DNA of 32,000 nt from Haloferax volcanii DS2. Lineage in GTDB: Archaea; Halobacteriota; Halobacteria; Halobacteriales; Haloferacaceae. Of the stretch, positions 25,208 to 32,000 are shown one piece after another (the stretch's first letter is position 1; each line of letters opens with the position of its first letter). The notes beneath the pieces were generated by a model. That model searched no databases. It worked only from the letters and a program-made list of their open reading frames with translations, and was not told the origin of the DNA. Made by a program: the position numbers and the translations under genes. The stretch covers positions 2,400,001-2,432,000 of the forward strand of contig NC_013967.1 in assembly GCF_000025685.1 (NCBI RefSeq), written 5' to 3'.

Positions 25208-25695
25208 GGCGCAAGCCGGTCCCGCCCGCGCCGGACGCCCTCGACCGGCTGTGGGACGCCCACCGCGCCGTTCCGCTGATTCCGGGCTCCGAAGACGACT
25301 GCTGCGGCCGAGTGGCGACCCGACTCGACGTGACGCCCGACGAGGGACGCGACTGGCTCGTGTTCTGTCAGTCGCTCGGGCTCGCCCGCGAGGTGAGCCG
25401 CGGCTTCGAGCGCGTCCGCGACGACCCCGACCAAGACGACCTGCGGCGCGCGTTCGAGGAGAACGTCTTCGGCGCGCGCGAGGTGCTTGACGCGCTCAAC
25501 GACGAGCCGATGTCGGCGGACGCGGTGTTCGAGGCGTTCGCGCCGACTGTGCCGAACTGGGAGCGCCACCGCGACCCGGAGGGGTGGGAGTCGCGCTGGC
25601 GCGACAGAGTCGCCCGCCTCCTCGACTGGGCGGTGCTGTTCGACGCGGCGGCGAGAACATCGGACGGCTACGTCGCGGTCGAGCACTCGGCCTGA
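25204..25695 (+). CDS. Hypothetical protein (163 aa), translationally coupled to mch
   Basis: The GTG at 25204 overlaps the mch TGA as GTGA. The product VRRKPVPPAPDALDRLWDAHRAVPLIPG...YVAVEHSA is protein-like. Only the last 163 codons of the 628-aa track ORF are plausible. Confidence 0.6.
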   Translation: MRRKPVPPAPDALDRLWDAHRAVPLIPGSEDDCCGRVATRLDVTPDEGRDWLVFCQSLGLAREVSRGFERVRDDPDQDDLRRAFEENVFGAREVLDALNDEPMSADAVFEAFAPTVPNWERHRDPEGWESRWRDRVARLLDWAVLFDAAARTSDGYVAVEHSA

Positions 25696-25739
25696 CCGGT
25701 CGCCGGCGTCGAAGCGGCCGCCGGGACTCGTCTCTGTTT

Positions 25740-27344
25740 CTAGTCGACTTTCGTCACGGTTCCGACGCCCTTCGACCGCCCCTCGCGGAAGACGAATCGC
25801 TGGCCCTCCTCGACGAAGTACGAACGGAATTTGAACTCCACGCGAGTCGTGCCGGTGTCGCCCGGCAGGAGTCGTCCGCCGTCGGGGTGGAAGACGGCCG
25901 CCTCGGAGATGGTTTCGAGGTGGACGACCGGCTCGTAGCCCTCCTGAATCCGCGTCGGGTGGTTGAGCACTATCACGTCGGCTTCGAACTCGCGGACCGA
26001 CGTGGGCTCCGCGTCGGCCGGGAGGAGCACCATCCCGCGTTCGATTTCGGACTCGCGGACGCCCTTGAGCGCGATGCCGACGATGCGGCCGGCGTTGGCC
26101 CGGTCGACCCGGTGGTAGTGCATCTCGATGGAGCGGACCTCGACCTCGCGGAACTCGCCGTCCGACATCGGCCCCAAGAGGAGTTCGTCGCCGGCCTCGA
26201 CAGCCCCGGAGTTGACCGTGCCCGAGGCGACCGCGCCGACGCCCGTGACCGAGTAGGTCCGGTCGATGTACATCTTGAAGTCGCCCTCGGCGGCGCTGCG
26301 CTTCGGGAGCGACTCGAACAACTGGTCGAGGTCGTCGAGACCGTCCATCGTCACCGCGCTCGTCGGGAACAGCGGGACGACCGACTCGCTTATCTCCTCG
26401 ACGGCGGCCTCGACGCCGTGGCGCTCGACGCTCAGGGGCGTCCGACCAACGTCGCGGAGGAGTCGCTCGACCTCGCGTTCGACCTCGGCGGCGCGCTCCT
26501 CGGAGACGGCGTCGACCTTCGTGATGGCGACGACCGTCGGCAGTTCCATGGCGAGCAGGATGCCGAGGTGTTCGCGGGTCGTCCGCGTCGGGCCGTCGTC
26601 GGCGGCGACGACGAGCAGGCCGTAGTCGAGGCGCTGGCCGACGAGGCCGCGAATCGTCGTCCGGAGCCACGGCTCGTGGCCCACGGTATCGACGAACGAG
26701 ACCAGCCGGTCGGCCTCCTGGACGATTTGCGCCCGGTCGGACTTCCGGTGGGGGTTGCGCATGTGGACCGGCCCGTCGTCGGAAAAGCCGTAGACGGCGT
26801 ACGAGAGGTCCGCCGACAGGCCGCGTTCGACCTCGTGGGGTTGCACGTCGAGGAACGACCGCGTGCTTCCGTTGCCGTTGTCGGCCTGTCCGGTCACGAG
26901 CGACCCGACGAGCGTCGATTTGCCGTGGTCGACGTGCCCCGCGGTGCCGACGACGATGTGGTCGTCGTCGACGTCGAGCATCGCGCCCTCGCGGATGGTC
27001 GCGACGCCGACGAGGCCGCGTTCGACCGAGTCACCGACGCCCCACGTCTCCACGTCTTCGATGTGCGCCCCGGCCTCTTCGGCCAGAAGCGACAGCACGT
27101 CCATGGTCTCGGAGAAGTCGTCCGGTGGGATGCCGGCGATGCCGCCGTCGTCGGTGACGCCGACCACGTAGGTCGCCACGCCGTCGCCGGAGAGCACTCG
27201 GTGTCTGAGTTGAGCCGCGAGCGACTCCATCCGGCCGTCGGACAGGTGAACGGCGCGGGTGAGGCGTTCTTTGAACTCGACGTTTCCGCCTTCTTCCTCA
27301 CCGCGCTCGAGGGCCTCGTCCAAGAGAGCCCGATCCGCGCTCAT
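25740..27344 (-). CDS. GTPBP1-family / EF-1-alpha-like translational GTPase
   Basis: G1 GHVDHGKST, G3 DTVGHE, G4 ITKVD, followed by EF-Tu domain II/III-like beta barrels. The ATG at 27344 is supported by a GTTTTC box 29 nt upstream. Confidence 0.85.
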   Translation of the reverse strand: MSADRALLDEALERGEEEGGNVEFKERLTRAVHLSDGRMESLAAQLRHRVLSGDGVATYVVGVTDDGGIAGIPPDDFSETMDVLSLLAEEAGAHIEDVETWGVGDSVERGLVGVATIREGAMLDVDDDHIVVGTAGHVDHGKSTLVGSLVTGQADNGNGSTRSFLDVQPHEVERGLSADLSYAVYGFSDDGPVHMRNPHRKSDRAQIVQEADRLVSFVDTVGHEPWLRTTIRGLVGQRLDYGLLVVAADDGPTRTTREHLGILLAMELPTVVAITKVDAVSEERAAEVEREVERLLRDVGRTPLSVERHGVEAAVEEISESVVPLFPTSAVTMDGLDDLDQLFESLPKRSAAEGDFKMYIDRTYSVTGVGAVASGTVNSGAVEAGDELLLGPMSDGEFREVEVRSIEMHYHRVDRANAGRIVGIALKGVRESEIERGMVLLPADAEPTSVREFEADVIVLNHPTRIQEGYEPVVHLETISEAAVFHPDGGRLLPGDTGTTRVEFKFRSYFVEEGQRFVFREGRSKGVGTVTKVD

Positions 27345-27368
27345 GGAAGCGGGTAGGAAACCGACCGT

Positions 27369-27374
27369 GAAAAC
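27369..27374 (-). promoter_or_regulatory. Candidate TATA-like box (GTTTTC)
   Basis: Lies 29 nt upstream of the ATG at 27344. Confidence 0.3.
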
Positions 27375-27485
27375 GCTTTCCGCGGTAGTGATTGCCATGA
27401 GACTGTACCACAACCGAGACGGAAGCGACGCGGAGGCGCTCGTCGGGGGTCGTAACGGTCGAATGCGGGTGAAAAAGAAAACGCG

Positions 27486-28076
27486 TTACTCGGTCAGACG
27501 CTCGTAGGCGCGGTTGACGCGCTTGAACGCCTCCTCGTCGCCGGTCTTCGAGTCCGGATGGGTCTCTTTGACCCGCTCGCGGTAGGCCGCTTTCACGTCG
27601 TCCGCGGAGGCGTCGCCGTCGAGGTCGAGCGTGTCGAGGGCTTGTTGTCGGCTCATGCCGCGCCGCGGCGGGCGGACGCTCGGCCCGTCACCGCGGGTTC
27701 GCTGTCGCCGCCGGCGGTCGCCGTCGAATCCGCCGTCGGGACCGGCGTTAGGGCCGAACCGCCCGGCACGCGGACCCTCTTGTGGGTCGTCGCGGGGGCC
27801 CGCGCCGAAGCCACCGGTCTCCCGGCGGTCGCCTCGCCGTCGCTCCGACCGGAAACCGAACCCGCCGCGTCCGGCGTCGGCGCGGACGCGCGTCCGGCGG
27901 AACCGCTCGTGGAGGCGGCCGCTGACGTGGGCGTACATGAAGTACGTCGTCGCGCCGAAGGGGACGGCGACGAACAGCAACAAGAGCTGTCGGTAGGCGA
28001 ACGCCAACACGACGAGGAGCATGGTGATACCCGCGAACACCGCCGCGAGCCCCATGACGAGTCGGTCTCGGTCCAC
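27486..28076 (-). CDS. Membrane-anchored J-domain (DnaJ-like) protein
   Basis: C-terminal J domain with HPD (VKETHPDSK), two N-terminal TM helices and an Arg/Gly-rich linker. The start is a GTG at 28076 (GTTTAC box 29 nt upstream). An alternative ATG lies at 28055. Confidence 0.8.
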   Translation of the reverse strand: MDRDRLVMGLAAVFAGITMLLVVLAFAYRQLLLLFVAVPFGATTYFMYAHVSGRLHERFRRTRVRADAGRGGFGFRSERRRGDRRETGGFGAGPRDDPQEGPRAGRFGPNAGPDGGFDGDRRRRQRTRGDGPSVRPPRRGMSRQQALDTLDLDGDASADDVKAAYRERVKETHPDSKTGDEEAFKRVNRAYERLTE

Positions 28077-28100
28077 GGGCGCAGTTAGGGTCGCACGGTG

Positions 28101-28106
28101 GTAAAC
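28101..28106 (-). promoter_or_regulatory. Candidate TATA box (GTTTAC)
   Basis: Lies 29 nt upstream of the GTG at 28076. Confidence 0.3.
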
Positions 28107-28166
28107 GTCTCGCCGGGCGGCGACCGCCGGACGATTCGGTCGGGAAAATCGACCGCCTGCGTCGCC

Positions 28167-28964
28167 TCAGCGGTACTGGTTCAGCCGGTTTTTGAGGCGC
28201 TTTGCGGCCTGTCCGGCGGCCTTGTCGAAGTCCTCACCGTCGTCCTCGCCGGCGAAGATGATGCCGCGCGAGGAGTTCACGAGACCGACGCCGTCCGCGA
28301 GGCCGAACTCGACGGCGGCCTCGGCGTCGCCGCCCTGCGCCCCCACGCCGGGGACGAGAAACGGCAGGTCGGGCACCTGCTCGCGGAGGTGTTCCAGTTC
28401 GTCGGGACCGGTCGCGCCGACGACGAGGCCGACGTTCCCGTGTTCGTTCCAGAGGTCGCAGAGCGCCGCGACGCGCTCGTAGAGGGGTTCGCCCGTGTCG
28501 AGTTCGAGCGACTGGAGGTCCGCGCCGCCGGGGTTCGAGGTGCGACAGAGGACGAACACGCCCTTGTCTTCCCGCGAGAGGAACGGCTGGATGGAGTCGC
28601 GGCCCATGTAGGGGTTGACCGTGATGGCGTCGGCGTCGTCGAGCAGGTCGGCGTACTTGCGGGTCGTGTTGCCGATGTCGGCGCGCTTGGCGTCCAGCAG
28701 GACCGGCACGCCCTTCCCGTGGGCGTAGGCGATAGTTTCCCGCAGGGAGCGCCAGCCGTCTTCGTCCTCGTAGAACGCCGCGTTCGGCTTGAACGCCGCG
28801 GCGTGCTCGTGAGTCGCGTCGATGATGCGGCGATTGAACGCCCACCGCGGCAGGTCCTTGTCGAGCAGGTGGTCGGGGAGGCGGTCGATGTCGGCGTCGA
28901 GGCCGACCGAGACGACGCTGTCTGTCGCCTCGATGCGGTCGCGGAGGTCGTCGAAGAAGCCCAT
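28167..28964 (-). CDS. pyrF: Orotidine 5'-phosphate decarboxylase
   Basis: 265 aa from the ATG at 28964 (MGFFDDLRDRIE...). Motifs VGLD, FKPN, LLDAKRADIGNT and VPGVGAQGG. Confidence 0.92.
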   Translation of the reverse strand: MGFFDDLRDRIEATDSVVSVGLDADIDRLPDHLLDKDLPRWAFNRRIIDATHEHAAAFKPNAAFYEDEDGWRSLRETIAYAHGKGVPVLLDAKRADIGNTTRKYADLLDDADAITVNPYMGRDSIQPFLSREDKGVFVLCRTSNPGGADLQSLELDTGEPLYERVAALCDLWNEHGNVGLVVGATGPDELEHLREQVPDLPFLVPGVGAQGGDAEAAVEFGLADGVGLVNSSRGIIFAGEDDGEDFDKAAGQAAKRLKNRLNQYR

Positions 28965-29063
28965 TGCCCGCGAGTGCGACGACCGACAGTAAGGGGTTTT
29001 CCCTTCGGCGTGGGCGGCGGGCCTCTCACGAGCCGAGCGCGCTGGCCGCCCCACCCCGAACCC

Positions 29064-30260
29064 TCAGACGGGTCGCTCGACCGTCCAGAGCAGGCCCGCA
29101 CCGACGACGAGCACCCCGCCGAAGAGCGCGAGCGCGCCGGCCGGCGAGAGGGCGTCGGCGACGACCCCGCCGGCGAGTTCGAACGGGACGACAGCGAGCG
29201 AGTAAAGCATCCCGGCGGCCGAGAGGACGGTCGCGCGCCCGACCGAGTCCACCCGGTCGTTGACGTACTGGTTCCCGAGGACGGACGAGACGTTCGTGAC
29301 GCCGCGGGCGACCGCGAACGCGGGGAAGGCCAGCGGCCCGAAAAGCGGGACCGACGCGTAGGCGACCGCGAGCACGAGCGGCGAGGCGAGGAACCACCGG
29401 CGGACGCCGACGCGGGATTCGACCCAGCCGGCGCGGAACGTCGCCGCGGCCGCGACGAGCGAGAACAGCGCGTAGGAGGCGCTGACGGCGGTGTTCGTCG
29501 CCGTCGCGGGGACGCCGAGGTCGAGCGCCACGTCGCGGAGAATCGGCTGGTCGAAGATGTACACCATGTTGGCGACGCCGAACAGGAGCGCGAAGTAGGC
29601 GACGAAGCCGCGGAGCGGCGGGCGCGAGAGCTTCTCGCGGATGACCCGAAGCGCCGTCCGCGGCGTAAAGTCGCCGCCGGTCGCGCCCGTCTCGGGGACC
29701 GACAGCAGAATCGGGACGCCCAGCGCCGTCACCGCGGCGGTGGCGAAGAAGGGGACCGCGTAGTTCGTCGCGTCGGCGAGGAGGCCCCCGGCGAGGGTCG
29801 TCACCGCGCCGATTGCGAGGCCGACGCCGGTGGCGCGCCCGCGGACGGCGGCGAACTCGTGGGTCTCGTCGGTCTCGGCCAAGAGGTCGTAGAGCCACGC
29901 GTCGTCGCTGCCGGACCGGAACGTCTGGCCGACCGCCCACGCGCCGTAGACGACCGCGAGTTGGAGAAACGTCTCCGACAGGCCCATCGCCGCGGTCGAG
30001 ACGGCGATGACGGCCGTGCCGAGGGCCATCGCGCTCCGGCGACCCAGTCGGTCGCCGAGGTAGCCGGTCGGTATCTCGGCCGCGACGAGCGCGAGCCACC
30101 AGACGCTGTTGAGTGCGCCCACCTCGGCGAACGAGAGGCCCCGCGAGCGGACGAACAGAATCCAGATGGCAGTCGTGAACGAGACGAACTCGGTCGTCTT
30201 GTAGGCGTAGTACTTCGCGACCGGAGAGCGCAGCCGGGCGGTGACGGGCCACGAAGTCAT
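29064..30260 (-). CDS. MFS transporter
   Basis: 398 aa, about 12 hydrophobic segments, with the MFS loop motif GYLGDRLGRR. Confidence 0.85.
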   Translation of the reverse strand: MTSWPVTARLRSPVAKYYAYKTTEFVSFTTAIWILFVRSRGLSFAEVGALNSVWWLALVAAEIPTGYLGDRLGRRSAMALGTAVIAVSTAAMGLSETFLQLAVVYGAWAVGQTFRSGSDDAWLYDLLAETDETHEFAAVRGRATGVGLAIGAVTTLAGGLLADATNYAVPFFATAAVTALGVPILLSVPETGATGGDFTPRTALRVIREKLSRPPLRGFVAYFALLFGVANMVYIFDQPILRDVALDLGVPATATNTAVSASYALFSLVAAAATFRAGWVESRVGVRRWFLASPLVLAVAYASVPLFGPLAFPAFAVARGVTNVSSVLGNQYVNDRVDSVGRATVLSAAGMLYSLAVVPFELAGGVVADALSPAGALALFGGVLVVGAGLLWTVERPV

Positions 30261-30344
30261 CGTCCCATGGTCTCGACACGACGCAAAGAACGTGTGGATT
30301 CGACCGGCGGCGGCGGTGTCCGGGTCGAGCGAAACGCCCGCTGT

Positions 30345-31151
30345 TCACCCGGTCCGGAAGGAGAAGTCGGAACTCGGCGCGCTGTGGGTGAGCCACCCCA
30401 TCGACACCACGTCGACGCCGGTGTCGGCGTAGGCGGGGAGCGTCTCTAGCGTGATGTCCCCGCTGGCCTCCGAGATGACGCCTTCGGGGAGTCGGGAGAC
30501 GCCCTCGCGGACCGCCTCGGGCGGGAGGTTGTCGAACAGGACGATATCGGCCCCGGCGGCCGCGGCGCGCTCGCCCATCTCGGGCGTCTCGACTTCGACT
30601 TCGAGTTTCGTCGCGAACGACTTGCGCTCGGCGAAGCGGCGGACGGCCGCCTCCAACCCGAGTTCGGCGATGTGGTTGTCCTTGACCATCACCATCCCCG
30701 AGAGCGTGAGGCGGTGGGTGTCGCCGCCGCCGGCGACGACGGCGCGCTTTTCGACGCCGCGGAGGCCGGGGGTGGTCTTGCGGGTCGCGGCGACCCGAAC
30801 CGAATCGGAAACCTCGCGGGCGGCGGCGACGGCCTCGCGGGTCGTGGTGGCGACGCCGGAGGCGTGGCCGACGACGTTGGCGGCGACGCGCTCGCCGCGG
30901 AGGACGTTCCGGGCGTCGCCGTCGACCCGCAGGACTTCGTCGCCCGATTCGACCGCGTCGCCGGTCGCGACCGCTTTCTCGGCCTCGACGCCGAGGGAGT
31001 CGAAGACGGCGACGGCGGCGTCGAGACCGGCGGCGACCGCCGTCTCTTTGGCCACGAGTCGCCCGGTGGTGTCGCCGGGCACGTCGTTCGTCACGTCGCG
31101 GTGGCCGACGTCCTCGGCCAGCCAGCGCTCGACCGTCTCAGTCGTCAGCAC
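30345..31151 (-). CDS. nadC: Nicotinate-nucleotide pyrophosphorylase (carboxylating) / quinolinate phosphoribosyltransferase
   Basis: 268 aa with a GTG start at 31151. Typical QPRTase blocks are present (WLAEDVGHRDVT, ATRKTTPGLR, MVKDNH). Overlaps the nadB stop by 14 nt. Confidence 0.9.
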   Translation of the reverse strand: MLTTETVERWLAEDVGHRDVTNDVPGDTTGRLVAKETAVAAGLDAAVAVFDSLGVEAEKAVATGDAVESGDEVLRVDGDARNVLRGERVAANVVGHASGVATTTREAVAAAREVSDSVRVAATRKTTPGLRGVEKRAVVAGGGDTHRLTLSGMVMVKDNHIAELGLEAAVRRFAERKSFATKLEVEVETPEMGERAAAAGADIVLFDNLPPEAVREGVSRLPEGVISEASGDITLETLPAYADTGVDVVSMGWLTHSAPSSDFSFRTG

Positions 31152-32000
31152 TCGGCGTCACCCCCCGTCCGGCGTCGTCGCTTCCGTCGCTTCCGTCGCC
31201 CCCATCGCGTCCGTCCGGGTCGACGAGCGAGTGACAGCCGGCCGATGGCGCGTCGGCGGCCGCGCGGGCGACGAGGAGCGACGAGACGCAGGCGTTCCGG
31301 AGTTCGTAGACGGACCGCGAGACGCGGGTGCGGGCGTAGGCGTCGACCTCGCCCTTCAGGCGACGGAGCCGCGCTCGGGCGGTGTCGAGGCCGTCGGGCG
31401 TGCGCTCGATGCCGACGAGCTCGTCCATCGTCCGCCCGAGGCGGTCGAACTTCGCGTCCGCGAAGGCGTCGGGGAGCGCCGGGTCGGAGTCGCGCGGCGG
31501 CGCGTACTCGACGGTCTCGGCCTCGTCGCGACCCCGGTCGGCCGCCGTCTCGCCGGCGCGGACGCCCCAGACGAGGCCTTCGAGCAGGCTGGTCGAGGCG
31601 AGTCGGTTCGCGCCGTGGACGCCGGTGCGGGCGCACTCGCCGGCGGCGAACAGCCGAGGGAGGGAGGCCCTCCCGCGGTCGTCGACGGCGACGCCGCCGC
31701 AGAGGAAGTGCTCGCTCGGCGCGACCGGGATGCCGGCGTCGAGGTCGACGCCGCGGTCGTCGCAGAGCGCCGCGAGGTCGGGGAACTCATCGCGGAAGTC
31801 GAGGTCGGACACGTCGAGGACGACGCGGCCGGACCGGTCGCGGGCGCGGGAGACGGCGCGGGCGACCACGTCTCGGGGGGCGAGCTCGGCGTCGTCGTGC
31901 ACGTCGGGCATGAATCGGCGGCCGTCGGCGTCGCGCAGGACCGCTCCCTCGCCGCGAACGGCTTCGCTGACGAGGAACGGTTGCGCGTCGTCGTCGGCCC
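31138..32000 (-). CDS. nadB: L-aspartate oxidase, C-terminal part (5' end lies outside the window)
   Basis: The reading frame stays open past the ATG at 31911 to the window edge (...FLVSEAVRGEGAVLRDADGRRFMPDVHDDAELAPRDVVARAV...). The FAD flavoprotein and C-terminal helical domain sequence is typical of NadB. Confidence 0.88.
   Translation of the reverse strand, partial: ADDDAQPFLVSEAVRGEGAVLRDADGRRFMPDVHDDAELAPRDVVARAVSRARDRSGRVVLDVSDLDFRDEFPDLAALCDDRGVDLDAGIPVAPSEHFLCGGVAVDDRGRASLPRLFAAGECARTGVHGANRLASTSLLEGLVWGVRAGETAADRGRDEAETVEYAPPRDSDPALPDAFADAKFDRLGRTMDELVGIERTPDGLDTARARLRRLKGEVDAYARTRVSRSVYELRNACVSSLLVARAAADAPSAGCHSLVDPDGRDGGDGSDGSDDAGRGVTPSADD

Noticed and set aside
25039-27356. Long ORFs 25039..26670 (-) and 25584..27356 (+)
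   Set aside because: They are alternative frames or antisense to the GTPase gene with its clear G motifs. Their composition is Arg/Gly/Asp-dominated.
28098-30449. 783-aa + strand ORF
   Set aside because: It is antisense to pyrF and the MFS transporter. The translation is Arg/Gly/Glu/Asp-rich junk.
30672-31913. 413-aa + ORF with an extreme Arg-rich tail
   Set aside because: It is antisense to nadC and nadB, and the poly-Arg/Gly translation is not protein-like.

Overview
High-GC (roughly two-thirds G+C) archaeal chromosomal DNA. The acidic proteins and the gene order indicate a haloarchaeon (class Halobacteria). About 45% of the window (6014-20295, minus strand) is the conserved archaeal ribosomal-protein super-operon, 25 tightly packed genes: SPOUT methyltransferase, L3, L4, L23, L2, S19, L22, S3, L29, RNase P Rpp29, S17, L14, L24, S4e, L5, S14, S8, L6, L32e, L19e, L18, S5, L30, L15, SecY. 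Most junctions are ATGA or TAATG overlaps. Flanking genes are ordinary housekeeping or accessory genes: USP, a lipoprotein, a TIGR00300/LOR-SDH protein, an alpha/beta hydrolase, a DEDDy exonuclease-like protein, a YihY membrane protein, an MTH1187-like protein, Mch, a GTPBP1-like GTPase, a membrane J-domain protein, PyrF, an MFS transporter, NadC and partial NadB. I saw no CRISPR array, cas gene, transposase, integrase or recognisable defence system. The one region that annotation does not explain is 20585-21268. It holds two tandem tRNA-Gly(GCC) genes followed by about five degenerate copies of the tRNA 3' end plus trailer. Four of these copies are each paired with an inverted copy, forming long imperfect palindromes with compensatory substitutions. 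Three of the four also contain a tRNA-Gly remnant that lacks the anticodon arm. Many long ORFs in the track are antisense or out-of-frame artefacts of high GC and were rejected. The track also renders GTG starts as M, so I rechecked start codons against the sequence.
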